From: Candidatus Kapaibacterium sp.
Lineage (GTDB): Bacteria > Bacteroidota > Ignavibacteria > Kapaibacteriales > UBA2268
Assembly: GCA_963664875.1 (NCBI GenBank)
Contig: OY761611.1
Location: 1,600,001 to 1,664,000 of the forward strand
DNA length: 64,000 bases
Direction of reading: 5' to 3'
Part shown: positions 41,156 through 51,090 of the stretch, one piece after another
Layout: every line of letters begins with the position of its first letter
Numbering within the stretch: position 1 is the stretch's first letter
Position numbers and translations under genes: made by a program
The notes under the pieces: generated by a model
Told to the model about the DNA's origin: nothing
The model's input: only the letters and a program-made list of their open reading frames with translations
The model's database searches: none

Positions 41156-41901
41156 TAATCAGTAGCGGACAATTCGCAGAAAAAGTAATTCAGGGAGAAT
41201 TTGAATTCGTAGATCACGGTTTCAATACCGGGAAGTATAATATGGATTTCGACGTTGAGCATACCAAAGCAGTAGAGGCAGGCGAAGCAAAACCAATATT
41301 CAGAGTTTACGGCTGGACCCCTTGGTGCCTAAGTCTAGGAGCAAATCAAAAAGAAGAAGATATAGATAGCTCAAAATGCAGGGAATACGGATTTGATATT
41401 GTCCGCAGGCCCACAGGAGGCAGAGCTGTTCTCCATGCACATGAAATCACCTATTCTGTGATAATGCCTCTCCCCTATGGCACAACTGTTCATGATGTAT
41501 ATAGAGACATCCACACTTTATTTGTAAAAAGCTTTGCATCTCTTGGAGTAAATCTAGATTTTCAGAAATCGCAACCTGATTTCAAAGATTTTTATTCGAG
41601 AGAGTCTGTTTCTGTGTCATGCTTTGCAAGCTCTGCACGCTATGAAATTGAAAAGGACGGAAAAAAGCTTGTGGGCTCAGCTCAGAGGTTGTTTGGCGGC
41701 ACTTTACTACAACATGGTTCTATTCTGATAGGAGCAGGTCATGAAAAGCTTGCAGAGATTGCCAACGTGAGTAGTGAAGCGAAAAGAGATATTCTAAGAA
41801 AGTATATTTCTGAACACAGTACCACACTTAGCGAGGTTGCAGACCGTCCGATAACTTATGACGAATGTGCCCGTATTATCGAAGAGACTATCAAACTCTA
41901 A
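41152..41901 (+). CDS. Lipoate-protein ligase / LipM-like octanoyltransferase family protein
   Basis: 'NMDFD', 'VRRPTGGRAVLH', 'KLVGSAQR', 'LQHGSI'. Confidence 0.9.
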   Translation: MIISSGQFAEKVIQGEFEFVDHGFNTGKYNMDFDVEHTKAVEAGEAKPIFRVYGWTPWCLSLGANQKEEDIDSSKCREYGFDIVRRPTGGRAVLHAHEITYSVIMPLPYGTTVHDVYRDIHTLFVKSFASLGVNLDFQKSQPDFKDFYSRESVSVSCFASSARYEIEKDGKKLVGSAQRLFGGTLLQHGSILIGAGHEKLAEIANVSSEAKRDILRKYISEHSTTLSEVADRPITYDECARIIEETIKL

Positions 41902-41946
41902 ACAATACTTTTCGGTAAATTGATTTTTTTAGGAACGGATTTAACA

Positions 41947-42168
41947 ATGAAGTTTTTGGTAATATTGCTCGGTATTTTTTTGGCAGTTTTTTTGTTTATC
42001 GCTTGGATATTCAAAAAAATTAGCAGTCTCTTTATGCCTTTCAGAGCGGCATCTGCTAAAAAAGACACTTTCTCGCAAGAGCAGCATAATCGTCAGGACT
42101 CAACCGTAATTTATAAAAAAAATGATGTGGTTGTGATGAAAGGCGATGCAGGCAAAAAGAACAATTAA
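41947..42168 (+). CDS. Small single-pass membrane protein
   Basis: Hydrophobic N-terminal helix; fills the gap in the operon. Confidence 0.6.
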   Translation: MKFLVILLGIFLAVFLFIAWIFKKISSLFMPFRAASAKKDTFSQEQHNRQDSTVIYKKNDVVVMKGDAGKKNN

Positions 42169-42179
42169 GGTTACTTAAA

Positions 42180-43739
42180 ATGGTGAATAAAAGTCAGCTT
42201 ATCGCTGCTATTGATGTTGGAACAAACTCTTTTCACATGGTTGTTGCTTCTGTGGACAACAAGGGAATGCTCAGCATAAAAAGCAGGGATAAAGAAATGG
42301 TAAGGCTCGGCTCCAGTGGCGGCGACATGAAATATTTACAACCGGATGCCATAAGAAGAGGAGTCAACACACTCAAAAATTTTTCCGAAATAGCAAAATC
42401 CCTTGGTGCAGATGTCTTTGCAGTTGCCACAAGTGCTACACGAGAGGCTATCAATAAAGAAGAATTCCTCGAAAAGGCAAAGCGAGAAGTTGGAATTGAC
42501 ATTGAAGTCATCTCGGGTCTGGAAGAAGCCAGATTGATTTATATAGGTGCCTTGCACGCTCTCCCTATTTACGATACAAAAACTTTAATAATTGATATAG
42601 GTGGCGGCAGCACAGAAACAGTAGTTGGCTTTCAGAGTGAAATGCTTTTTTCAAACAGCCAAAAACTTGGCTCTATAAGAATGACCAAAGCATTTTTCCC
42701 TGACGGTGAACCAAGCTCTCAGCAAATAGAAGCATGCAGAAATTACATCAGAGGTGTCTGGTCCACAAAGCTAAAGATGATAAAAGAAATTGGCTTTGAC
42801 AAGGTTATAGGTACTTCGGGAACTATACAAACTCTTGCAGCAATGGCTCTTGCAGCCAACCATGAACCGCTTCCGGAGATACTAAACGGCATCACAATCA
42901 AAGCTGCAGATATTCTCAAAATTATCCAAAAAATTATCAAAGCTAAAAACAACAAAGTTCGTGCTGCCATGCCGGGAATGGAATTAAAAAGAGCAGACAT
43001 TATACTTGGCGGAGCACTTATTTTAGAGCAAATTTTGCTTGAATTAAATATTGATAAAATTACTATCTCTGCTTATGCTCTACGCGAAGGCATTGTATTT
43101 GATAAACACAGTAAAAAAATCAATAACGACAGCTTTGGGCATTTGACTCATCTTAGATATGACACTATCAAAAATCTATGTGAACATTTCAAAATCGATA
43201 ACGTTCACGCTGAGCATGTCAGAGAAACCGCACTTAACATTTTTGATGGCTTGCAAAGCTATCACGGGCTAACTTCCAAAGAAAGAGAGCTTCTCGAAGC
43301 AGCATCTATGCTGCATGATGTTGGCTACCATATCTCGCACGACGGTCATCATAAACACAGCTACTATATTTTACTCCACTGTATGATGCCCGGATTTACA
43401 AATGCAGAAGCCGAGATAATAGCCAATATTGCAAGATACCACAGGAAAAGTCATCCAAAACGCAAGCATTCGGGCTTTGCATCACTTTCTTCAGACAAGC
43501 AAAATACGGTACGAATTCTAAGTGGCATATTGCGAATTGCAGAAGGTGTTGATAGAAGACAACAACAATTAGTAAGCTCAGTAGCTGCAAAAATGGAAAA
43601 CGGCAATATTTTGATTACTCTTTATGCTGACTCTTCCAAGCAGCTCCCTGATATAGAACTGTGGGGTGCTAACCGCAGGAAAATGCTATTAGAAGAAGCC
43701 ATGAGCTTAGAAGTAAAGTTCGAACTTGTGAAAGAGTAA
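42180..43739 (+). CDS. ppx: Ppx/GppA exopolyphosphatase with HD domain
   Basis: 'AIDVGTNSFHM', 'ATSATREA', 'DIGGGSTE', 'LREG', 'LHDVG', 'HHKHSYY'. Confidence 0.92.
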   Translation: MVNKSQLIAAIDVGTNSFHMVVASVDNKGMLSIKSRDKEMVRLGSSGGDMKYLQPDAIRRGVNTLKNFSEIAKSLGADVFAVATSATREAINKEEFLEKAKREVGIDIEVISGLEEARLIYIGALHALPIYDTKTLIIDIGGGSTETVVGFQSEMLFSNSQKLGSIRMTKAFFPDGEPSSQQIEACRNYIRGVWSTKLKMIKEIGFDKVIGTSGTIQTLAAMALAANHEPLPEILNGITIKAADILKIIQKIIKAKNNKVRAAMPGMELKRADIILGGALILEQILLELNIDKITISAYALREGIVFDKHSKKINNDSFGHLTHLRYDTIKNLCEHFKIDNVHAEHVRETALNIFDGLQSYHGLTSKERELLEAASMLHDVGYHISHDGHHKHSYYILLHCMMPGFTNAEAEIIANIARYHRKSHPKRKHSGFASLSSDKQNTVRILSGILRIAEGVDRRQQQLVSSVAAKMENGNILITLYADSSKQLPDIELWGANRRKMLLEEAMSLEVKFELVKE

Positions 43740-43785
43740 GAGATAAGTAGAACCTTTAAATTAGCATTTGAATTCCACACTTAAC

Positions 43786-43827
43786 AAAACCAAAGTGCCC
43801 TGCATAAGCAAGGCACTCTGTTTTTTT
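43786..43827. terminator. Bidirectional intrinsic terminator
   Basis: agtgccctgc-ataa-gcaaggcact hairpin with T-run, between convergent genes. Confidence 0.7.
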
Positions 43828-43853
43828 AGTGAAACTCAGTGTTAGTCAAATTG

Positions 43854-46739
43854 CTATTTGGTAATAGCAACAGGCAATACAGTTATTTCGTCTGCTATTG
43901 TAACTTTTAGGTAATACATACCTGAAGTTATAGCATTAACATCGATTTTGTGATTTTCGTTAGATTTGACAGTACCTTTGTAAAGAGATACACCGTTTAC
44001 ATCAACGAGTTGCACTTTAGCGTCAGAGTTTAAAGTACCCAAATTAACAGTAAGTGTAGTTACAGCAGGATTTGGATATAAGCTCAATTCCGCGAATATT
44101 TTGTCTTCTACCGAAGTTGATGATTCGTTTAGTGTCATTGTATTTACGTCCAATTCTTTATTGTTGTCATCAATTTCAGCCCACATAGAAAGACCATCGA
44201 AACCAACTTTATCAACAACGATATTATATCTGCCGTTAGGTAAGTTTTCGATTGCAAAATCGCCTAAAGTATTTGTGCGTTTAAATTCTACGATATTTCC
44301 GGCTTCATCAATTGTGTAAACTAAAGCACCGCTGATTGGCTCTGCATCGCCTTCTACCATTCCGATTCCTTTTTTGCCTTTTTTAGCTATCTTACCTCTG
44401 ATAATGCCGATGCCTTTTACATCTTCCATTTTTTGCAATTTGATTGTTTTACCTGCGATAGTGCCATCTTCGGAAACAGCAACTTTTGTAGCTTCTTTCC
44501 AATCTATAGAAGCGAAATCATTTTCTACGAAGTAACCAGGAGCAAGGTCAATGTCTTCAGGGAATGCAAGCAATACATAATTACCCGGCAAGATACTTTC
44601 GAAAGAAAACGCACCATTTTGGTCTGCTTCAGTAGTGAATCCCCAGTTAATATGGTCTTGGTTGTCTTTATCTGTATCTACTAAGAAAGCAACTACCCAT
44701 GCAGGAGAGACTATGTTATTATCTCCATCTACAACGCTGCCTGAAAGCGAATTTTCAAAATCAAATGATTTTGCCAAAGCAAAGTCAATATTTTCCAAAT
44801 CTTCTTCTAAAGAAAGCACTTCTGCTTCAGAGATATTAGTAACATCGTTATAGTATTCAGGTATATAAAGATTTAGAGTATCTTGATGATTTACGCCCGG
44901 TCTCCAGCAAGTAGTAGAAGCCTGAGCGATATATTCGAAATTATCGTCTAACTCTGCTACATAGTAACCATCGCTATCTGTAAGTACTATCATGTGTATT
45001 TTTTGATTTTTATCGTTAGAGCCTTCGAATGCAACTAAAGCCTGTCCGATACCAGCACCTGTTTCTTCATCAGTTACTCTACCTGAAATAGTTTTATACT
45101 CAGGCATAGTATATTTTGCTACTGATGCATCAAAAGTATAGCTATTACCACATTCCAATTCGATAATTGTAGCATTATCAAAATCGTAAGCATTTTCCCA
45201 AAATTCTTCTTCAAATGCACCATAGCTTGTAAACCATAGATAGTATGAACCTGCATCTGCCTGCAAAGAATATTCACCATTAGTGATTTCTGCATAATTG
45301 CTGTAATATGGTTTATGACCAACATTAGCACTATCTAATACATCGGCAGACATCAAAACGGCATAGCCAAATTCAACCGGTTCTAATTCTGACGCACCAT
45401 CAGGATTATCATACACTACTGTGCCGCTAACAGTAATAGGAGTTGCGCAAGTAAATACATTTAGTGTGAAAGACATCACTGCCATATTTTCTGTTCCATT
45501 TGCATCATAAGCAATTACTGCAAAGTAATACATACCTGATTCAGTAGGAAGCCAGCTAAGTTCACCTGTGAGTTCATTTATTGTCATTCCTTCCGGTGCT
45601 TCTTCGAGTTTGTATCTGATTGCTATTTGATCGTCATCGCACTCAGCATCTACATCGAATGTCCAAGTAGAATTAACACCAAGTTTCAAATCTTCATCAG
45701 TAGGATAAGTAGAGAAGTAAATTCTGTCTTTGTGCCAGTTTTCTTTTTCTAATTCTACTTCAAAATATAAAGAGTCTCCGCAACTTAGAACTACAGATTC
45801 CTGATTGATAAGTTCCGCTGTTGACATCATTTTATAGCCAGGAGCACCTATCATTAGTTTAAACTCGCCTGCATCTGCCTCAATAGTAAATTCACCGTTA
45901 TGAATTTCACTTGTGAAAGACGGATTGCCGAATAATGTAGAATCAGCAGATTCTTCCATCAGAGAAGCAAAGCCCTGCTTAATCAGTTTGCCTTCTTTGT
46001 TTTTCACAAGTCCGGTTACTACAGTGCGCTCTGTGCAAGATTTTACGTAAAGATAAAAAGCTGCATCTGCATAATTGTAAGCATTGTTTTCTTCGTAAGC
46101 AATAACTCTAAATTGAACAGAGCCACCAACAGAAGGAGTCCATTCTATCAAGCCAGTATTTTCGTCAATAGTCATCCCTGCCGGAGCTTCTTCCAAGCTA
46201 TATTTTATAGTAACTTCATCAGATTCTGTTTCAGCATCAACGTCGTATTGCCATAAAGAACCTTTTAGAATAACTACATCTTCGAGATATGGATTTGTAA
46301 TATAGATTCTATCGCCCCAATCATTGCCTCTAATACTTACAGACAATAGGTTGGAAGCTGCTGATTCACCATCTTGATTATATGCTGTTACATAAAACGA
46401 ATAATCGCCTTTGTCCAATCCATAAACAAAATGATAAAATTCGTCCATCGGAAAATTACCAAGAGAGTCGCTTGGCATTTCCAAAACATCACGTAAAGTG
46501 AAATCGCTTGGAGTTTGTGTAATCTCTGATGCCATGTAAATGTTAAATCCATCGAATGGCTGAGTATTATCGTCCATTTCCCAAGACAGAAGAACTCCAT
46601 GCGGCATATTGCCACCTTTGTCTTCTACTTTCAAATCTTTTGGTGCGTTAGGAGCACCGGCATAACTTGCCATTGTGCCTGCCACTGCCAACAATAACAG
46701 CAGTACTAAGCCTCGAAAAGTTCTGATTGCATTATTCAT
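43854..46739 (-). CDS. Large secreted multi-Ig/Fn3/carboxypeptidase-regulatory-like protein with T9SS CTD
   Basis: Signal peptide from ATG 46739; Fn3 'YVTAYNQDGES'; two 'APxGMTIxExTGxxxWxP' putative Ig repeats; 'ISGRVTDEETG'; CTD 'LYPNPA...GMYYLKV'. Confidence 0.82.
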   Translation of the reverse strand: MNNAIRTFRGLVLLLLLAVAGTMASYAGAPNAPKDLKVEDKGGNMPHGVLLSWEMDDNTQPFDGFNIYMASEITQTPSDFTLRDVLEMPSDSLGNFPMDEFYHFVYGLDKGDYSFYVTAYNQDGESAASNLLSVSIRGNDWGDRIYITNPYLEDVVILKGSLWQYDVDAETESDEVTIKYSLEEAPAGMTIDENTGLIEWTPSVGGSVQFRVIAYEENNAYNYADAAFYLYVKSCTERTVVTGLVKNKEGKLIKQGFASLMEESADSTLFGNPSFTSEIHNGEFTIEADAGEFKLMIGAPGYKMMSTAELINQESVVLSCGDSLYFEVELEKENWHKDRIYFSTYPTDEDLKLGVNSTWTFDVDAECDDDQIAIRYKLEEAPEGMTINELTGELSWLPTESGMYYFAVIAYDANGTENMAVMSFTLNVFTCATPITVSGTVVYDNPDGASELEPVEFGYAVLMSADVLDSANVGHKPYYSNYAEITNGEYSLQADAGSYYLWFTSYGAFEEEFWENAYDFDNATIIELECGNSYTFDASVAKYTMPEYKTISGRVTDEETGAGIGQALVAFEGSNDKNQKIHMIVLTDSDGYYVAELDDNFEYIAQASTTCWRPGVNHQDTLNLYIPEYYNDVTNISEAEVLSLEEDLENIDFALAKSFDFENSLSGSVVDGDNNIVSPAWVVAFLVDTDKDNQDHINWGFTTEADQNGAFSFESILPGNYVLLAFPEDIDLAPGYFVENDFASIDWKEATKVAVSEDGTIAGKTIKLQKMEDVKGIGIIRGKIAKKGKKGIGMVEGDAEPISGALVYTIDEAGNIVEFKRTNTLGDFAIENLPNGRYNIVVDKVGFDGLSMWAEIDDNNKELDVNTMTLNESSTSVEDKIFAELSLYPNPAVTTLTVNLGTLNSDAKVQLVDVNGVSLYKGTVKSNENHKIDVNAITSGMYYLKVTIADEITVLPVAITK

Positions 46740-47043
46740 AATGCTTCCCTTTATTATGTTAATTAAACTATTATATAAATGGGATACTTGTCTTTTTAAA
46801 CAGGTTTGATTATCCTGCTCATAAGGAAATACACAAGAAGTTTTTTTTGGTTGCAAACATATTTGATTTTTTTATCGGATTTATGCAATTCTATAAATAG
46901 CAGAGTCAGTATATATTATAGTACAGTAGAAAAAAGATTCTGATTTTGTATTTGTTATTCTTTGAACCTTCTTATTACTGAGGAGTATTACTTAATAACG
47001 AGTTGACATTCGTTTCGCTCGCTCCTTGAATAGAAAACAGATT

Positions 47044-47083
47044 AGGCAGATTCGTAATTGAGTGATGAATCTGCCTTTTTTTT
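47044..47083 (+). terminator. Intrinsic terminator in a divergent intergenic region (no upstream + strand CDS)
   Basis: aggcagattc-N13-gaatctgcct followed by T7. Confidence 0.75.
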
Positions 47084-47238
47084 ATTCTATTAAGTGCAGT
47101 CCTCCAACCGATTTTTATAACTAAGGCTTTGGCATATCAATTATTCTATTTTCTTGAAATAATGTAATTTGAGTAAAGTCCGATATTAGTTATCTTGCCT
47201 TGATATTATAATTGGTTGATTCACTTTTTGGAGATTTG

Positions 47239-49134
47239 ATGATGTATAATAAAAAAGGAAAGTTTACATCATTACTTATTGTGTTGTTTATTGTAATGGG
47301 TGGGTTCAGCACTATGTTGTTAGCTCAATCTGATCTCAAAACCCGAGATCAAATAGAAGATAAATACAAATGGAATTTGGCTGACGTTTATGCTACTGAG
47401 TCAGATTGGAATAAAGAGTTTGACTATGTACAAAGCAAGCTCGGCGATTATAAAAAGTTCGAGGGTAAATTAAATAACCCCAAAGCCATAGCTGATTGCT
47501 ACAAAGTACACTTTGATTTGTTGCAGCGTCTAAATAAGCTATATATTTACTCTTCTCTTGGTAAAGATACTGATTTGAAAAATGCTAAGTATCAGGGAAT
47601 GTACGAAAAAGTTTCAAAATTGGGAAGCGAAGTTTCTGCAGCGTCTTCTTTCATGGTGCCTGAAATCACTTCCATTCCAAAAGAAACTATGGACAAATTT
47701 ATTCAAAGTGCAGAGCTAAAAGACTACAAACAGCTTTTAGAAAATATGTTCAGAACTAAAGCTCACACTCTTTCAACTAAGGAAGAGCAAATACTTGCTA
47801 AGTTTTCGCAGGTCAAATCAGTGCCTACTCAGACTTACAATATTCTAAACGATGCTGAGTTACCTTTCCCGATAATCAAAGATGAAAACGGAAATGACGT
47901 TAGATTGTCTCACGGTCGTTATCGCTCCGGACTTTACTCAGATGACAGAGCCTATAGAGAAAGAGTTTACAAAGGTACTTACGTACCTTATATGTCTCTG
48001 AAAAATACTTTTGCTGCTCTTTACAACGGTAGAGTAAAAACAAGAATAACCGAAGCTGAAATTCGCGGATATGAAACTCCTGTCCATGCTGCTTTAGATG
48101 AAAACAATATTCCTGTTTCTGTCTATGAAAATTTGATTGCTACTATTGATAAATATAAAAATGTAATGCACCGTTGGGCTGCACTTAAGAAAAAAGTGCT
48201 TGGTGTAGAACAGCTTCATCCTTACGACTCCTATGCTCCTTTATTCCCTGGTGTACAAAAATCTTACACTTACGATGAAGCAGTCAAAATGGTAACTGAG
48301 GCTCTCAAGCCACTTGGTGAAGAGTATGTAAAAACTGTTAAATATGGTTTTGAAAATCGCTGGATTGACGTTTACGAAACTCAAAACAAACGCTCAGGAG
48401 CTTATTCAAACTCCACAGGATGCGGACCGCATCCGTTCATATTATTGAATTGGACTAATACTCTTGACGATGTATTTACTTTGGCTCATGAAGTTGGTCA
48501 CAATATGCACTCTTTCTTCTCTGAGAAAAATCAACCGTTTCACTATGCAGGCTATTCAATCTTTGTAGCTGAAGTTGCTTCTATCACGAACGAAGCCCTT
48601 CTACTTGATTACTTGATTGAAAATGCCGGCTCTATAGAAGAAAAAATGGCTCTTTACGAAAAATTCCTCGTTGGAGCGCAATCCACTTTCTTCCGTCAGG
48701 CTCGCTTTGGTGAGTTCGAAAAAGAAGTGCATGACATCGCTGTGAAAGAAGGAAAAATTCTAAGTGCTGATGAACTTACTGAACTATTTGGCAAAATGTA
48801 TGCGAAATACTGGGGCTCTGACATGGTGGTAGATGTTGAAGAAGGTCACTCATGGGCAAGAATTCCTCACCTTTTCAAATACAATTTCTATGTATATCAG
48901 TATGCTACCGGTTTTGTGGCTGCTCAGGCACTTTCCGAGCAAATCAAAAAAGAAGGCGAACCTGCAATCAAACGCTATTTAGGCTTCCTTTCTTCCGGTG
49001 AATCTGACTATGCTATCAATGTTCTTCGCAAAGCAGGTGTAGATATGTCTAAGCCTGACCCTGTAAAAGCAACATTGGACAAAATAGACAGATATATAAC
49101 TGATTTGGAAAAACTAATAGAGCAAAAAAAGTAA
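47239..49134 (+). CDS. pepF: Oligoendopeptidase F (M3B) with N-terminal signal peptide
   Basis: 'KWNLADVY', 'RWIDVYE...KRSGAYS', HExxH 'TLAHEVGHNMHS', 'IFVAEVAS', 'WARIPH..YNFYVYQYATG'. Confidence 0.95.
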   Translation: MMYNKKGKFTSLLIVLFIVMGGFSTMLLAQSDLKTRDQIEDKYKWNLADVYATESDWNKEFDYVQSKLGDYKKFEGKLNNPKAIADCYKVHFDLLQRLNKLYIYSSLGKDTDLKNAKYQGMYEKVSKLGSEVSAASSFMVPEITSIPKETMDKFIQSAELKDYKQLLENMFRTKAHTLSTKEEQILAKFSQVKSVPTQTYNILNDAELPFPIIKDENGNDVRLSHGRYRSGLYSDDRAYRERVYKGTYVPYMSLKNTFAALYNGRVKTRITEAEIRGYETPVHAALDENNIPVSVYENLIATIDKYKNVMHRWAALKKKVLGVEQLHPYDSYAPLFPGVQKSYTYDEAVKMVTEALKPLGEEYVKTVKYGFENRWIDVYETQNKRSGAYSNSTGCGPHPFILLNWTNTLDDVFTLAHEVGHNMHSFFSEKNQPFHYAGYSIFVAEVASITNEALLLDYLIENAGSIEEKMALYEKFLVGAQSTFFRQARFGEFEKEVHDIAVKEGKILSADELTELFGKMYAKYWGSDMVVDVEEGHSWARIPHLFKYNFYVYQYATGFVAAQALSEQIKKEGEPAIKRYLGFLSSGESDYAINVLRKAGVDMSKPDPVKATLDKIDRYITDLEKLIEQKK

Positions 49135-49162
49135 TATCTGACTAATAACTGTTATTAAACAC

Positions 49163-49199
49163 TCCCTTCGCTGATATTTTTGGCGAGGGGATTTTTTTT
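49163..49199 (+). terminator. pepF terminator
   Basis: tcccttcgct...ggcgagggga followed by T8. Confidence 0.8.
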
Positions 49200-49595
49200 A
49201 TTGACAACATAAAGTTCTATTACAATCTAATATTTACTATTAGAGACAGGATAATTGATGTGCAATAATGACATATTGGAGGAAAATCCTGCTATTGAGT
49301 GCATAAAATGACGCATAGAAGCCCTACATCGCTTAGTTAAAGTAGTTGTAAATGTGAAATTATTCGACGGCAGAATATATGTTTACAGCAAATATGATTT
49401 AGAGGCAAAAAAAAAAATGACACTATTTGAATTATTTTCTTGCTTATCATTTTCTGAATTACGATATTTGTAACGAATGAAATAGAAAATATTATTATGA
49501 CTATACTTTTGTAATTACAAATTATCAGCTTTGCAATTCAAAAAGAGTACTTACAAAATAGCCACTTTTTGTTATTTTTTTGAGGAGAAAACTTT

Positions 49596-51011
49596 ATGAG
49601 ATGGATTTTATTCTTGATTTTGTCTTTACCTTTGCTACAACTCGAATCTGCCGAATACAAATGGAATGTGATTAAAGACAATTCTGCAAATTTATTATCT
49701 GCTAATCATATAGCTTCTATTGATTCTAATAGTTATATAGTTGCCAAATCTAAAGGATATTCATTAAACAATTTCAGATATATAATAAAAACAGAAGATT
49801 ATGGTATGACGTGGGACACTCTCTTTTTTGAAGATATTCCTATGACTACTGATTTTGGTGACTATGCTATTACTGATTTAGTTGCTATAAATGACAAGCA
49901 CATTTTTGCTGCTTATGGATTTAACTCATATCTAAAATCTACAAATGGAGGAAAAGACTGGGAAGACTTTAGATTTCAAGATACATCATTTAACTTTTTA
50001 AGAATTACGCAAGATAATAATCTCATATTCTTAGGGGAAAACAGGACAGGAAAATATGCAGTTAGCAACGATTTTGGGAAATCATGGGAAGTTAAACATA
50101 TAAATTTTTCAATTGACTCGATAGATAAATATGATAACATTATGTATGATACTCCCTGGAGAAAAAAAGATACATTATATTCATTGATTTACCTTCAAAC
50201 CAAAGTGCCATTTATGTCATATTTGTCTTTTATTACTAACAGTTTATTGATTTACAGTGCTGATGACGGGCATTCCTGGCAACAGATGATTTATGTTGAA
50301 GAATTAGGAATCATGCGAAGTATGGCGATGTATGATAACAAAATCATTACTCAGGTCATCAATAATACTTTTCATCCTGAATTGGTAGTATCGCCCGATG
50401 ATGGATCGCTTGATACGTTTTGGGTCTCCAGTGCTCACAAAAGAATAGCTGCCTTTGATAAGACAGATGGCTCTTGTACATTCCTGACAGATTCTGTTGA
50501 TTTTAAAATGGGAAATGTAGTCGATATGCAATACTATGAAAATGGTTTGCTAAGTATGGCAACTGAAATCTATACTTATGTATCTAAGGATTACGGGGTT
50601 ACATGGGAGAAAGAAGAAACTAATGAGGAAAAACCAATATCAAAAGTGGCAAGACCATGTATCAATAAAGGTTTAATGATAGGAGACAATTACTATGCAA
50701 TCCTCGAACCTATCACTTCTGTTTTTAATAACCGAAGTTTGCTTCCGGAAACGATTTCTCTTTTCCCAAATCCAATATCCAAAAGTAACAAACTGCATAT
50801 CGAGTTCGAAGTAGAAATTCAGGGAGAATATTCCTTCAGTTTGACTTCTGCGGATGGTGCCAAATTTGATTTTAATCAGAAGTATTTCGCAGTTCCCGGC
50901 AACAACACAATATCTTTGGATATTCCGAAAGAAGTTGCTGCAGGAGCATATTTCCTAAGCATCGCAAAAGACGGAGAAATCCTTGCAGTGAAGCAATTAG
51001 TAGTACATTAA
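49596..51011 (+). CDS. Secreted Asp-box (BNR) beta-propeller-like protein with T9SS CTD, copy A
   Basis: Signal peptide; Asp-boxes TEDYGMTW, STNGGKDW, SNDFGKSW, SADDGHSW, SKDYGVTW; CTD 'LFPNP...AGAYFLSI...KQLVV'. Confidence 0.82.
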   Translation: MRWILFLILSLPLLQLESAEYKWNVIKDNSANLLSANHIASIDSNSYIVAKSKGYSLNNFRYIIKTEDYGMTWDTLFFEDIPMTTDFGDYAITDLVAINDKHIFAAYGFNSYLKSTNGGKDWEDFRFQDTSFNFLRITQDNNLIFLGENRTGKYAVSNDFGKSWEVKHINFSIDSIDKYDNIMYDTPWRKKDTLYSLIYLQTKVPFMSYLSFITNSLLIYSADDGHSWQQMIYVEELGIMRSMAMYDNKIITQVINNTFHPELVVSPDDGSLDTFWVSSAHKRIAAFDKTDGSCTFLTDSVDFKMGNVVDMQYYENGLLSMATEIYTYVSKDYGVTWEKEETNEEKPISKVARPCINKGLMIGDNYYAILEPITSVFNNRSLLPETISLFPNPISKSNKLHIEFEVEIQGEYSFSLTSADGAKFDFNQKYFAVPGNNTISLDIPKEVAAGAYFLSIAKDGEILAVKQLVVH

Positions 51012-51026
51012 ATATTAACCCTAACA

Positions 51027-51062
51027 ACTCCCTTTTTATAGATTGAGCTATAAAAAGGGAGT
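51027..51062 (+). terminator. Perfect 15-bp hairpin between the duplicated genes
   Basis: actccctttttatag-attgag-ctataaaaagggagt followed by a T-rich tract. Confidence 0.7.
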
Positions 51063-51090
51063 AATTTATTTTTTTTGAGGAGAAAACTTT

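Noticed and set aside
49407-49417. A11 homopolymer upstream of T9SS copy A as a phase-variation switch
   Set aside because: Similar A/T runs occur elsewhere in this AT-rich DNA (e.g. ~55290); no evidence that it lies within a promoter spacer.
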